Shown piece by piece: positions 49,659 to 60,099 of a stretch of 64,000 bases of DNA. Every line of letters begins with the position of its first letter. Within the stretch, counting starts at the first letter, position 1. Location of the stretch: assembly GCA_051751685.1 (NCBI GenBank), contig JBNJLE010000011.1, positions 42,788 through 106,787 on the forward strand, read 5' to 3'. The notes beneath the pieces are model-generated. The model saw nothing but the letters and a program-made list of their open reading frames with translations, was not told the DNA's origin and ran no database searches. The DNA comes from Pseudomonadota bacterium (GTDB lineage Bacteria > Pseudomonadota > Gammaproteobacteria > Pseudomonadales > Halomonadaceae). The position numbers and the translations under genes are program-made.

Positions 49659-50693
49659 ATGACTCGCCCAATCCGTTCACTGCTGGCCGCTGCCATCGGT
49701 CTGGCTCTTGCCGGTACCGCAACTGCCGCCACACAGCTTACCGTCTACACCGCCGTCGAGTCCGACGATCTTCAGAAGTACGCCGAGCGCTTCAATGAGG
49801 CGTATCCGGACATCGAGATTCGCTGGGTGCGCGACTCAACGGGGGTTATCACCGCCCGCTTGCTGGCCGAGAAGGACAATCCACAGGCTGACGTGATCTG
49901 GGGCCTGGCGGCTACCAGCCTGCTGCTGCTCGACGGCGAAGGAATGCTGGAGCCCTATGCTCCGGCTGGACTCGAGCACCTGGATCCCAAGTTCGTCGAT
50001 GCCGCCTACACCAGAGATGGAGAGGATCCAGCCTGGGTGGGGATGGACGCCTGGGTCGCCGCCATCTGCTACAACACCGTCGAAGGAGAGCGCATGGGGG
50101 TTCCTCAGCCGACCTCTTGGGAAGACCTCACCCGTCCCGAATTCCAGGGCCATGTGATCATGCCCAATCCCAACTCCTCCGGAACCGGCTACCTGGATGT
50201 GGCCAGCTGGATGCAGCTGTGGGGTGAAGAGCAAGGCTGGAATTACATGGACCGCCTGCACGACAACATCTCCCGCTATACCCACTCCGGCTCGGCGCCC
50301 TGCAGTCTGGCGGCAACGGGCGAGACGGTGGTGGGCGTCTCATTCGCTTTCCGTGGCGCGCGGCTCAAGTCTCAGGGGGCGCCCATCGAGCTGGTCTTCC
50401 CTGATGAGGGGTTGGGCTGGGATATGGAGGCCGCCGCCATCGTCGCTGGCACTGACAAGCGTGAGGCCGCCGAGACTCTGCTGGACTGGGCCATCTCCCG
50501 AGAGGCCAACGAGCTCTATAACGAAGGCTATGCCGTAGTGGCCTATCCCGGTGTTGCACAGCCGATCGAGAACTACCCCGAGGATATCGTCGAGCGAATG
50601 ATCGATGCTGACTTCCAGTGGGCGGCGGTGAATCGGGAGCGAATTCTCGATGAGTGGCAACGGCGCTATGACGGCAAATCCGAGAGCCGCTGA
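49659..50693 (+). CDS. phnS: 2-aminoethylphosphonate ABC transporter substrate-binding protein
   Basis: Signal peptide, an Fe3+/AEP-type binding-protein fold, and genomic context with phnT, the permease and phnWX. Confidence 0.8.
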   Translation: MTRPIRSLLAAAIGLALAGTATAATQLTVYTAVESDDLQKYAERFNEAYPDIEIRWVRDSTGVITARLLAEKDNPQADVIWGLAATSLLLLDGEGMLEPYAPAGLEHLDPKFVDAAYTRDGEDPAWVGMDAWVAAICYNTVEGERMGVPQPTSWEDLTRPEFQGHVIMPNPNSSGTGYLDVASWMQLWGEEQGWNYMDRLHDNISRYTHSGSAPCSLAATGETVVGVSFAFRGARLKSQGAPIELVFPDEGLGWDMEAAAIVAGTDKREAAETLLDWAISREANELYNEGYAVVAYPGVAQPIENYPEDIVERMIDADFQWAAVNRERILDEWQRRYDGKSESR

Positions 50694-50728
50694 GGCGTAG
50701 TCGGCTCATCTGACCCGCCGTTGCACAT

Positions 50729-50751
50729 CCCGGGGCCATGGCGGCCCCGGG
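50729..50751 (+). other. Intercistronic GC stem-loop between phnS and phnT
   Basis: cccggggcc-atggc-ggccccggg forms a 9-bp all-GC stem directly before the phnT SD gaggag. Confidence 0.5.
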
Positions 50752-50765
50752 GTGAGGAGTGAACC

Positions 50766-51887
50766 ATGCAATCTTTGACGACTTCCCTGTCGCCTGGCGT
50801 TTTCGAAACGCTGGTCGACACCCGAACCCACCTCGAGATCGCAGGGTTGACAAAGCGATTTGGCAACTTTACTGCCCTGCAGTCGATTGAGCTGTCCATT
50901 GAGGAGGGAGAGTTCGTCTGCTTTCTCGGCCCCTCCGGCTGCGGCAAGACCACTCTGCTGCGGGCGATTGCCGGCCTGGCCCTGCAGAGCGAGGGGCGCA
51001 TTGTGCAGCGCGGGCAGGATATCTCCGCGCTGCCGCCCCAGGCCCGAGACTTCGGTATCGTCTTCCAGTCCTATGCGCTCTTTCCCAATCTGACGGTATT
51101 CGACAACGTCGCCTACGGGCTGCGCAACCGACGAGAAGACCGTCACAGGGTCCGTGAACGCGTTGAGGAACTGCTGGCCCTGATCGATCTCTCCGGCAGT
51201 GAAGGCAAGTACCCCGCGGCGCTATCCGGCGGTCAGCAGCAGCGAGTGGCCGTGGCCCGTGCCCTGGCCACCGAACCCGCCTTGCTGCTTCTCGATGAGC
51301 CCCTGTCGGCACTGGATGCTCGGGTCCGGGTTCATCTGCGTGGCCAGATCAAGGCACTGCAGCATCGCCTCGGGGTGACCACCATCATGGTCACCCACGA
51401 CCAGGAAGAGGCGTTGACCATGGCCGACCGCATCGTGGTGATGAATCAGGGAGTCATCGAGCAGGTGGGTACACCGGCCGAGATCTATCATCATCCGGCC
51501 AGTGCCTTTGTGGCCGAGTTCATTGGCCACATGAATTTCCTCGATGTCAAAGCCGACGACGAGGCGGCAGTCCGCCTAGGCCGCCGACGCCTGGAGAACA
51601 TCCCCCATACCTGTGCGGCAGGTGAGTCGGCGAGAATCTCGATCCGCCCCGAGTCAGTCGAACTGTCCCACAACACCTCAGGAATGAGCGCAAGGGTCGA
51701 GGATGTCGAGTTCCTGGGCCCCTTCCTGCGAGTCAGCCTGACCCTCCAGGATGACGGACAGGGCTTGATGGCGGACGTGCCTGTGCGCGATGCCCAATCG
51801 CTGGCGTTGGTGGCCGGTCAGCGGGTCGGCGTGCATCTGCCTTGTGACGCCTTGCGGGTCTATCCGTGCCTGGGGGCCAGTAGATGA
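50766..51887 (+). CDS. phnT: 2-aminoethylphosphonate ABC transporter ATP-binding protein
   Basis: [25 protein letters not shown], and a C-terminal TOBE-like domain. Confidence 0.85.
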   Translation: MQSLTTSLSPGVFETLVDTRTHLEIAGLTKRFGNFTALQSIELSIEEGEFVCFLGPSGCGKTTLLRAIAGLALQSEGRIVQRGQDISALPPQARDFGIVFQSYALFPNLTVFDNVAYGLRNRREDRHRVRERVEELLALIDLSGSEGKYPAALSGGQQQRVAVARALATEPALLLLDEPLSALDARVRVHLRGQIKALQHRLGVTTIMVTHDQEEALTMADRIVVMNQGVIEQVGTPAEIYHHPASAFVAEFIGHMNFLDVKADDEAAVRLGRRRLENIPHTCAAGESARISIRPESVELSHNTSGMSARVEDVEFLGPFLRVSLTLQDDGQGLMADVPVRDAQSLALVAGQRVGVHLPCDALRVYPCLGASR

Positions 51888-53578
51888 TATCCAGTGTCGT
51901 GGCCGCCGTTACGGGGGGCCGCTCGATGGAGAGGCCGTTGCGCCTGCTGATCTTGCTGCTGGCGCTGGCCTTCCTGACGATCGGTCTGCTGTTCCCGCTC
52001 GTGACCATGCTGGTCAAGAGCCTGCAGGATCGCAGCGGCGACTTCATCGGGCTGGCCAACTTCGTCCGCTACTTCCAGACACCTGCGCTGGCGGGCTCGA
52101 TCGTCAATTCCTTGGCAGTGGCGCTTTCCAGCACTGTCATCGTGGTCGGGCTGGCGTTCATGTGTGCCTACGGCATCACCCGTACCTGTATGCCCGGTAA
52201 GCGAGTGTTCCGGATGCTGGCCATCCTGCCGATCCTGGCGCCCTCGCTGTTACCGGCGATCAGTCTTGTTTATCTGTTCGGCAACCAGGGCTGGTTTCGC
52301 GACGTGCTGATGGGGCAGAGCATTTATGGTCCGATCGGCATCATCATGGGCATGTGCTTCTGGATCTTTCCCCATGCGCTGATGATCCTGACCACGGCGC
52401 TTTCCAACAGTGATGCCCGGCTCTACGAGGCGGCCGAGGCACTGGGCACGCCAGCCTGGCGAAGTTTTCTAACCATCACCCTTCCCGGGGTGCGTTATGG
52501 ACTGATCTCCTGTTCCTTCGTGGTCTTTACCCTGGCGATTACCGACTTCGGCGTGCCCAAGATCATTGGCGGCCAGTTCAGCGTTCTGGCCACCGACATT
52601 TACCGCCAGGTGGTGGGCCAGCAGAACTTCCAGATGGGAGCGGTGGTGAGCGTGATTCTTCTACTGCCGGCTATGGTCTCCTTTGGCGTCGATCGGATCA
52701 TCCATCGCCGCCAGGTGGCACAGCTCTCGGCTCGGGCGGTGCCCTGGCAACCCACGCCGCACCGGCTGCGCGACCGGACCTTCGTGGTTCTGTGCTATTC
52801 GGTCGGGGCCATAATCCTCGTGGTCATCGGGACCGCCATCTATGCCTCGTTGGTGCAGTTCTGGCCCTACAACCTTTCGCTGACCCTCAAGCACTATGCC
52901 TTCGACGGTCTCGCCGGCGGCGGCTGGCCGGCGTGGCTCAACTCGCTGAAGCTGGCCTTGTCGGTGGCAGTGATCGGCACTCTAGTGGTGTTCATCAATG
53001 CCTGGCTGATCGAAAAGACCGATGGTTACGCTCCCTTGCGTCAGGCGCTGCATTTCATGGCCATGCTGCCCATGGCGGTGCCGGGCATGGTGCTGGGGCT
53101 TGCCTATATCTTCTTCTTCAATCAGGCCGGTAATCCACTGAACTGGCTCTATGGGACCCTGGCAATCTTGGTTCTCAATACCCTGGTGCACTTCTACACC
53201 GTCTGCCATCTCACCTCGGTGACCGCGCTCAAGCAGCTCGATCCAGAGTTCGAGGCGGTCGGCGCCTCGCTTAAGGTACCGTTCTGGACCACCTTCCGCC
53301 GGGTGACTCTTCCGGTGTCGCTGCCGGCGATACTCGACATTTCGGTGTATCTGTTCGTCAACGCGATGACCACGGTGTCGGCGGTGGTGTTTCTCTACAC
53401 ATCCGACACGAGGCTGGCCTCGGTGGCAGTGTTGCATCTGGATGAGGCCGGCTACTTCGCTAGCGCTGCGGCGATGGCGGTATTGATTTTCTTCACTTCT
53501 CTGGTGGTCAAGCTGCTGCATGCGGCCATCAGCCATCTGTTGCTGACTCGCGCTCAGCGCTGGCGTCAGGTGGGGTAG
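51884..53578 (+). CDS. phnU: 2-aminoethylphosphonate ABC transporter permease (fused two-module PhnU/PhnV type)
   Basis: 564 aa with two BPD-type permease modules. The ATG overlaps the phnT stop. An alternative start at MERPLRLL lies 14 codons in. Confidence 0.82.
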   Translation: MISSVVAAVTGGRSMERPLRLLILLLALAFLTIGLLFPLVTMLVKSLQDRSGDFIGLANFVRYFQTPALAGSIVNSLAVALSSTVIVVGLAFMCAYGITRTCMPGKRVFRMLAILPILAPSLLPAISLVYLFGNQGWFRDVLMGQSIYGPIGIIMGMCFWIFPHALMILTTALSNSDARLYEAAEALGTPAWRSFLTITLPGVRYGLISCSFVVFTLAITDFGVPKIIGGQFSVLATDIYRQVVGQQNFQMGAVVSVILLLPAMVSFGVDRIIHRRQVAQLSARAVPWQPTPHRLRDRTFVVLCYSVGAIILVVIGTAIYASLVQFWPYNLSLTLKHYAFDGLAGGGWPAWLNSLKLALSVAVIGTLVVFINAWLIEKTDGYAPLRQALHFMAMLPMAVPGMVLGLAYIFFFNQAGNPLNWLYGTLAILVLNTLVHFYTVCHLTSVTALKQLDPEFEAVGASLKVPFWTTFRRVTLPVSLPAILDISVYLFVNAMTTVSAVVFLYTSDTRLASVAVLHLDEAGYFASAAAMAVLIFFTSLVVKLLHAAISHLLLTRAQRWRQVG

Positions 53579-53617
53579 TGAGATTCCAGTCATCCAACCT
53601 GTTGTCAGGGAGAAGAC

Positions 53618-54214
53618 ATGCAAAACCTGTACTTACCGGTAGCTTTCGATGAGGCGCTGCCTCCTGCTGGGGCAAGTGCCGCGGAGGTCATCGCGGCATT
53701 GGAGCAGCTATATGCTGCCGCCGGTGATGCCTTCTACGGGGAAGAGGTCACACAGCTCGAGCATGCCATTCAGTGCGCGGGTCTGGCGCGTCGAGGAGGG
53801 GGCTGCGACGAGCTTGTGGTGGCGGCGCTTCTTCATGACATCGGCCACCTCATCGACTCAGTGGATTGGCGAGACGCCAATCGGCATGACGAGATTGGGG
53901 CGGAGCTTGCGAGTAATCACTTCGGCGAGGGGGTCTGTGCCCCCATCAGGCTGCATGCGGTCGCAAAACGCTACCTGTGTCGAGTTGATCCGAGTTACGT
54001 AGCCTCTCTCTCCACTGCCTCGCGTCACTCACTGGTCCATCAGGGTGGACGGATGACGGACGACGAGTGTCGCGCCTTTGAAGACCATGAGCATTTTTCC
54101 GCGGCGGTTGAGCTACGTCGCTGGGACGATGCTGGCAAGCAAACCGACCTGAGCCATCTGGCCTTCCGTGATTTTCTTCCGGAGCTGCTGAGGGTGTTGC
54201 AACCCCTGACCTGA
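53618..54214 (+). CDS. HD-domain phosphonate-degradation protein (PhnZ-like putative diiron oxygenase)
   Basis: QLEHAIQC...LLHDIGHL...[10 protein letters not shown]...RWDDAGK gives the H...HD...H...H...D ligand pattern of the PhnZ/MIOX-type HD proteins found in phosphonate operons. Confidence 0.7.
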   Translation: MQNLYLPVAFDEALPPAGASAAEVIAALEQLYAAAGDAFYGEEVTQLEHAIQCAGLARRGGGCDELVVAALLHDIGHLIDSVDWRDANRHDEIGAELASNHFGEGVCAPIRLHAVAKRYLCRVDPSYVASLSTASRHSLVHQGGRMTDDECRAFEDHEHFSAAVELRRWDDAGKQTDLSHLAFRDFLPELLRVLQPLT

Positions 54215-54246
54215 TATCGGAGACACCCATTTTTTTGTTTATGTTG

Positions 54247-54261
54247 CCTGGTATAGACCAA
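54247..54261. promoter_or_regulatory. Second copy of the candidate PhnR operator, abutting the phnW start
   Basis: cctggtatagaccaa is the exact reverse complement of the 15-mer at 49582-49596. Its last base is the A of the phnW ATG. Confidence 0.6.
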
Positions 54262-55388
54262 TGAAAACGCCCCTATCCGATCCTTTCTTACTGACTCCCG
54301 GACCTCTTACCACCAGTGCTACCGTCAAGGCGGCCATGCAGCGCGATTGGGGCTCCTGGGATGATGAGTTCAACGCCATGACCGCGGAGATGTGCCGACG
54401 GCTGCTGGGCCATGCCAATGCCACAGGAAGTCATGTCTGCGTGCCTATCCAGGGCAGCGGCACCTTCGCCGTCGAGGCGGCCCTGGGCTCCCTGATCGAA
54501 CCGGCCCTCACCACGCTGATCCTAGTCAACGGCGCCTATGGCAAGCGGCTGGTCAGCCTGCTCGAGCGCATGAGGCGCCCCTATGAGGTGCTGGACACCG
54601 GGGATGCAGCCCCGCCGAGCCCTGCGACAGTCACGGAAAGACTTCAGGCCAATCCATCCCTTGGCTACGTTGCCCTGATTCATTGCGAGACCAGCTCCGG
54701 CATCCTCAACCCCTTGGAGGCGATCGCTGAAGCGGTGGCGGCCGAGGGCCGCGAATTGATTGTGGACTCCATGAGCGCCTTTGGCGGTTTACCAGTGGAT
54801 GCTCAGTGCACACCGTTCCTGGCGCTGATCTCCTCGGCTAACAAGTGCTTCGAGGGAGTGCCTGGATTCGGTTTCGTGATCGTGCGCCGTGAAGCCCTGG
54901 CGGCCGCAGAGGGGCGCTCCCACTCCCTCTCCCTGGATCTTCACGATCAGTGGCGCTATCTGCAGCGCACCGGTCAGTGGCGCTACACCCCTCCCACCCA
55001 TGTGGTAGCGGCTTTTCTTCAGGCACTCGATGAGCATGACGCTGAAGGTGGCGTAACGGCTCGGCTGGCACGTTATATCCGTAACCGGGAGTGCCTAGTG
55101 ACCGGCATGCGCCGCAGGGGATTTGTCACCTTGCTGGAGGATCGCTGGCTGTCGCCGATCATCACTACCTTCCTCAGCCCCGCCCACTCAGCCTTCGATT
55201 TCGACCGCTTCTACGCCGAGCTCAAGGCCAGGGGTTTCATCATCTATCCCGGCAAGCTCACTGAGGTGGAGAGCTTTCGCATCGGCAGCATCGGACACCT
55301 CGACGTGGCCGTGATGGAGCGATTGCTGAACGCGGTGGATGAGGCTCTGGTCGCCATGGGCGTGGACGACTGCCGTCCGGCCGCTTGA
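54261..55388 (+). CDS. phnW: 2-aminoethylphosphonate--pyruvate transaminase
   Basis: [14 protein letters not shown]-terminus, the [11 protein letters not shown]-lysine region, and 375 aa. Confidence 0.9.
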   Translation: MKTPLSDPFLLTPGPLTTSATVKAAMQRDWGSWDDEFNAMTAEMCRRLLGHANATGSHVCVPIQGSGTFAVEAALGSLIEPALTTLILVNGAYGKRLVSLLERMRRPYEVLDTGDAAPPSPATVTERLQANPSLGYVALIHCETSSGILNPLEAIAEAVAAEGRELIVDSMSAFGGLPVDAQCTPFLALISSANKCFEGVPGFGFVIVRREALAAAEGRSHSLSLDLHDQWRYLQRTGQWRYTPPTHVVAAFLQALDEHDAEGGVTARLARYIRNRECLVTGMRRRGFVTLLEDRWLSPIITTFLSPAHSAFDFDRFYAELKARGFIIYPGKLTEVESFRIGSIGHLDVAVMERLLNAVDEALVAMGVDDCRPAA

Positions 55389-55425
55389 TACCGACTGGAG
55401 TTTGATTTCCCAACTGGAGAGAGTC

Positions 55426-56244
55426 ATGACATACCGTACCCCCGAGCGGCTTGAAGCCGCCATTCTCGACTGGGCCGGCACCGTGGTGGACTTCGGTTCC
55501 TTCGCGCCCACACAGATCTTCGTTGAGGCATTTGACGAAATGAAGGTAGCGATCAGTCTGTCAGAGGCTCGCGGCCCCATGGGCGTGGGGAAGTGGGATC
55601 ACATTCGCGCGCTCTGTGATGACCCGGTGATCGCCGCCCGTTTCGAGCTGGCTGCCGGTCATATCCCTACCGATGACGACGTTACAGCGCTGTATGAGCG
55701 CTTCATGCCACTTCAAATCGCCAAGATCGGAGAGCACTCGGAACTGATCCCTGGAGCGCTGGAGGCCATCGCCGCCCTGCGCCAGCAGGGCATGAAGATC
55801 GGTTCCTGCTCGGGCTATCCCGCCGTGGTGATGGAGCAAGTGGTAGCCCGGGCCCAGGAGCAGGGCTTCAAAGCCGATCATGTGGTGGCCAGCGACCAGG
55901 TGCCCAACGGGCGACCCCATCCGGCCCAGGCGCTAGCCAATGTGATTGCCCTAGGGATTACGGATGTCGCCGCCTGCGTCAAGGTGGACGACACCATCCC
56001 CGGCATTCTCGAGGGGCGTCGGGCCGGTATGTGGACGGTAGGACTGACCTGTTCCGGTAACGCTCTGGGGCTTAGTTACGCGGAGTTTCGTGATATGCCT
56101 TGCGCTACGATGGCAGAAAAGCGTTCGAGTATCGAGAGGCAGTTTGCGTCTTCTCAGCCACACTTTTTGATCGATACCATTGCTGAACTGCCATCGATAA
56201 TTGATGAGATCAATGCGCGATTGTCGCAAGGGCAACGTCCTTGA
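55426..56244 (+). CDS. phnX: Phosphonoacetaldehyde hydrolase (phosphonatase)
   Basis: Start trimmed to [25 protein letters not shown] at 55426. This carries the HAD motif I DWAGT, which is characteristic of PhnX. Confidence 0.9.
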   Translation: MTYRTPERLEAAILDWAGTVVDFGSFAPTQIFVEAFDEMKVAISLSEARGPMGVGKWDHIRALCDDPVIAARFELAAGHIPTDDDVTALYERFMPLQIAKIGEHSELIPGALEAIAALRQQGMKIGSCSGYPAVVMEQVVARAQEQGFKADHVVASDQVPNGRPHPAQALANVIALGITDVAACVKVDDTIPGILEGRRAGMWTVGLTCSGNALGLSYAEFRDMPCATMAEKRSSIERQFASSQPHFLIDTIAELPSIIDEINARLSQGQRP

Positions 56245-56491
56245 AGGGCGAATCTGTGATAGTCCGATATTACGTTTGGGTGACAATTTGGTGTCTGTTT
56301 ATGCCTTGTATCCTCCAAGGCATTGTTTTAGATGGGCCTGGTTATGAGGGTAGGAAAAAGGTGAGCTCAGAAAGTCGCTTATGTTCACAACAATGAAATC
56401 ATCTAGACAAGTTGCCTTCATCTCTGGCACGTATTCTGTGTGACATGCAAACACCGCATGGCGCCACACGACGTGGCTGGAGGGAAGGGCA

Positions 56492-57307
56492 ATGCTACAT
56501 GTGGATAATGTCAGCAAAAGTTATGGAAAATCTCGCGTCATTCATGATCTTAGTTTCGAGATACCAGAAGGACAGATGGTCGGTATTATTGGCCGCTCTG
56601 GTGCAGGGAAGTCAACGCTCCTTCGCATGGTGAATCGGCTGACCGATGTTTCCCAAGGGCGTATCAACTTTGCTGGTGAGCCAGTTAGCCAACTGAAAGG
56701 GAAAGCTCTACGCCAATGGCGCGGTCAAACCGCCATGATCTTCCAGCAGTTCAACCTGATTCCTCGACTGGATGTCATCACTAACGTGCTGATGGGGAGA
56801 ATCGCCCACCATGGCACCTTACCCTCTATGTTCAAGCTGTTCACTCGCGAGGAAAAGGCGCAGGCCATCCAGGCATTGGAACAGCTGGATCTGGCGGACA
56901 AGGCACTGCAGCGTGCAGGTAATCTGTCGGGCGGCCAGCAGCAACGCGTCGCGATTGCCCGAGCCATGATGCAGTCCCCTCGCATTATGCTGGCCGATGA
57001 GCCAATAGCCTCTCTGGATCCCCGTAGTGCGGCTATGGTGATGGATGCATTAAAAGAGATCAATCAGTCCGTTGGTATCACGGTGATGTGTAACCTTCAC
57101 TCGCTGGAAACAGCTCGCCAGTATTGTGACCGTGTCATCGGTATGCTTCATGGCGAGATGGTTTTTGATGGTCATCCTTCTCAGCTAGATCACGATACTA
57201 TCCAGCATATATATGGCGTTGGAAATAACGAAAAGGCAATTAAAGAAACAGTGATGTCTGGAGAAATATGGTCAAAACAACCTCCAGCTGCCTCGGCATT
57301 TGCTTGA
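56492..57307 (+). CDS. phnC: Phosphonate ABC transporter ATP-binding protein PhnC (second copy)
   Basis: [38 protein letters not shown]. Codon usage is AT-rich. Confidence 0.9.
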   Translation: MLHVDNVSKSYGKSRVIHDLSFEIPEGQMVGIIGRSGAGKSTLLRMVNRLTDVSQGRINFAGEPVSQLKGKALRQWRGQTAMIFQQFNLIPRLDVITNVLMGRIAHHGTLPSMFKLFTREEKAQAIQALEQLDLADKALQRAGNLSGGQQQRVAIARAMMQSPRIMLADEPIASLDPRSAAMVMDALKEINQSVGITVMCNLHSLETARQYCDRVIGMLHGEMVFDGHPSQLDHDTIQHIYGVGNNEKAIKETVMSGEIWSKQPPAASAFA

Positions 57308-57350
57308 TAAATTAAACCAAACTTCCATCCACTTAACGGTGAGAAAGATC

Positions 57351-58265
57351 ATGTATCGTACCACACTAAAGTGCGTTATTGCGTCGGCTCTCCTTTCCCC
57401 CCTCGCAATGACAGTTGCGTATGCCGACTGGCGTGATGACTATCCTGTTGTCACTATCGGTGCTACAACGGTGGAAAACCAGGCTGCCACTATCGATCGA
57501 TTCCAGCCTCTGGCCGACTACTTTGAAGAGCAGCTTGGCGTCAAGATGAAAATCCAGCAGGCCAACGACTATGCAGCAGTCGTTCAGGCACTGACGGCGG
57601 GACATATCCACTTGGCACGTCTGGGTGGATCTTCTTATGCTGCAGGATGGATCGATAGTGAAGGTGAAATCGAACCACTTGTCGTCCCTGCAGAGTTGGA
57701 TGGTGAACTCGGCTATCATTCAGTGCTTATTGTTCGCTCTGACAGCGACTATGAAAGTCTTGATGATCTCCAGGGTAAGTCTCTCGCCTGGGCGGATCCT
57801 AACTCGACTTCCGGCTACTTGGTGCCTATGGTCAGCCTGCGAGAGAGTGGTATTGAGCCGAATGAGTTCTTTGGCAACACCGTTTTCTCCGGTGGTCACG
57901 AGCAGAGTGTTATCGGCGTGCTCAACGGGTCTCTTGACTCCGCATTCACCTGGACCTCCAAAGGAGATAATACCGGGCAGCTGCGTATGATGATGGATCG
58001 CGGCATGCTGGATCGAGATGATATCCGTGTGATCTGGGAGTCGCCTTTGATTCCCAATCCGCTCTATGCCGTTCCCGGCGATTTGCCGGAAGAAATGAAG
58101 CAGGAAATCACCGACTTTTTCTTAAGTCTCCATGAAGAGCGTCCTGATCTGGCTGATGCCGCTGCTTCTGGGCGTACATCAGGTTTTGTTCTGGCAACTC
58201 ACGAGATGTATCAGCCGGTCCTGTCAGCTGTCCAGGAACTTCGAGATTCACGACGCGAGCGCTGA
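57351..58265 (+). CDS. phnD: Phosphonate ABC transporter substrate-binding protein PhnD (second copy)
   Basis: Start trimmed to MYRTTLKCVIASALL at 57351 with a signal peptide. ADPNSTSGYLVP motif. Confidence 0.88.
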   Translation: MYRTTLKCVIASALLSPLAMTVAYADWRDDYPVVTIGATTVENQAATIDRFQPLADYFEEQLGVKMKIQQANDYAAVVQALTAGHIHLARLGGSSYAAGWIDSEGEIEPLVVPAELDGELGYHSVLIVRSDSDYESLDDLQGKSLAWADPNSTSGYLVPMVSLRESGIEPNEFFGNTVFSGGHEQSVIGVLNGSLDSAFTWTSKGDNTGQLRMMMDRGMLDRDDIRVIWESPLIPNPLYAVPGDLPEEMKQEITDFFLSLHEERPDLADAAASGRTSGFVLATHEMYQPVLSAVQELRDSRRER

Positions 58266-58324
58266 GAGAATCTTTCGATTGTGGGTAGTCCGGCCGCCTT
58301 CAGGCGGCCGGACAGAGGAATCAA

Positions 58325-59212
58325 ATGATGTCGTCGCACCATGATCACGCAGGCTCTAATGCCTGGCAGGCTTTTTGCGCTCTACAGCACCAAGCGCAGA
58401 TCGAGAAATACCGAGCCTGGATCCTCGGCGGGGTCATGTTTCTCGCTCTGTTTCTGACCTCCGCTTATCTCAGCCAATTCAGTCCTGGACGCATCGTTGA
58501 AGGCATGCCGAAAGTCCATGAGTACATCGCCAAGATCCTCCCGGAACTCGGTGTTGCGACATTCCGCGAGGACATGGCGTACTGGTTCTATGCCTTTCCC
58601 GACTGGATGGTACTGCTAGGTGAGACGCTGTTGATGGCCTATGTCGCCACACTGCTGGGTACCCTCGGTGCTATTGTTCTTGGCTTTGTCGCAGCGAGAA
58701 ATGTAGGACCGAGTCGCGGGTTGACGATCATGGCTCGTCGCCTCTTGGAAGTCGCTCGTACAGTCCCTGATCTCGTCTACGCACTGATTTTTGTGTTTGC
58801 CTTCGGACTGGGCCCTTTAGCCGGCATTCTTGCGATCGCTATTCACTCCATGGGAGCGTCGGGAAAACTTTTCTCTGAAGCTATCGAAAATATCGACTTG
58901 AAACCACTGGATGGGCTCAACGCGGCAGGAGCCAACTGGGTACAGGGTATGCGCTTCGCGGTCTTCCCTCTGGTGGCTGCGTCATTGGTCTCTTACAGCC
59001 TGTGGCGCTTCGAAATCAATGTGCGTACCGCCACGGTGATGGGCATTGTCGGTGCCGGCGGTATTGGTCAGGAACTTATTACCGCGATTCGCATGCTCTA
59101 TTACGAGGATGTCAGCGCGCTGATTCTGCTGATCGTCATCACCGTATCGCTGACGGATATGCTCTGCGAACGTATTCGTCACGGTTTTATCGGCAAGGAG
59201 AACCTGTCATGA
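58325..59212 (+). CDS. phnE: Phosphonate ABC transporter permease PhnE
   Basis: The motif [17 protein letters not shown] is present, and the protein is a multi-TM permease. Confidence 0.88.
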   Translation: MMSSHHDHAGSNAWQAFCALQHQAQIEKYRAWILGGVMFLALFLTSAYLSQFSPGRIVEGMPKVHEYIAKILPELGVATFREDMAYWFYAFPDWMVLLGETLLMAYVATLLGTLGAIVLGFVAARNVGPSRGLTIMARRLLEVARTVPDLVYALIFVFAFGLGPLAGILAIAIHSMGASGKLFSEAIENIDLKPLDGLNAAGANWVQGMRFAVFPLVAASLVSYSLWRFEINVRTATVMGIVGAGGIGQELITAIRMLYYEDVSALILLIVITVSLTDMLCERIRHGFIGKENLS

Positions 59213-60057
59213 CGTCAGTTCTTCGCGGAAAACTGTCGGTCGCTCAAGCCGAACAACATTACCCCGATATATTTTCTTTTAGCTGGCGTCGTCGATTGAG
59301 TCAGGGGTTGGTATTGGGGTTGTCGCTGGCCACATTGATTCATGGCCTGGTGATTTTCGATTTTTCGCCGATGCGAATCTGGGAGGGTCTTGGACAACTT
59401 GGCATGCTGGTGCGCTTTATGGTGCCACCGGCTACCGAGCCCACAGTCGTCTGGGAGTTTATGAAGGCGATTTTTGAAACGCTGGCCATGGCTTTTGTTG
59501 GCACACTGTTTGCCGCCTTGCTGGCGGTACCTTTTGCATTCCTGTCAGCGCGCAATGTGTTTCGATTCCGTCTCGGGCGCTTTGGTATACGTCGCAGCAT
59601 GGACTTTCTGCGTGGTGTGGATCAGCTGGTCTGGGCACTGGTATTTGTCCGCGCCGTGGGCTTGGGGCCCTTGGCAGGAGTGATGGCGATCATCATTTCG
59701 GATATTGGCACTCTGGCCAAGCTATTTTCGGAGGCGGTGGAGGGATGCGACCGAAAGCCCAGCGAGGGGGTCGCGGCGAGCGGTGGTACTACCTTGCAGT
59801 GCACGCGTTTTGGGATCCTGCCCCAAGTCCTGCCGATGTTCATCTCGTCAACGCTTTACATCTTCGAGTCCAACGTTCGTAGCGCCACGATTCTGGGCAT
59901 CGTCGGTGCTGGTGGCATTGGCTATCAGCTGTCAGAGCGCATTCGCGGCCATCACTGGGAAGAAGTGGCCACCATCCTGATCCTGATTTTGATTACCGTC
60001 TATGCGATCGACTGGGTGTCCGGAAAAATTCGGAGTCGTCTGATCGAGGGATCATGA
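59209..60057 (+). CDS. phnE: Phosphonate ABC transporter permease PhnE
   Basis: The ATG overlaps the upstream stop (ATGA). Motif [17 protein letters not shown]. Confidence 0.88.
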   Translation: MTSVLRGKLSVAQAEQHYPDIFSFSWRRRLSQGLVLGLSLATLIHGLVIFDFSPMRIWEGLGQLGMLVRFMVPPATEPTVVWEFMKAIFETLAMAFVGTLFAALLAVPFAFLSARNVFRFRLGRFGIRRSMDFLRGVDQLVWALVFVRAVGLGPLAGVMAIIISDIGTLAKLFSEAVEGCDRKPSEGVAASGGTTLQCTRFGILPQVLPMFISSTLYIFESNVRSATILGIVGAGGIGYQLSERIRGHHWEEVATILILILITVYAIDWVSGKIRSRLIEGS

Positions 60058-60099
60058 CCGTCATCCGCTACTTACTGCCATGGAGGCGTTTTGAACAAC

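Noticed and set aside
56245-56491. Pho box upstream of the second phnC
   Set aside because: Only isolated half-site-like heptamers were found (for example atgtcac on the minus strand). There is no pair with 11-bp phasing, so it was not called.
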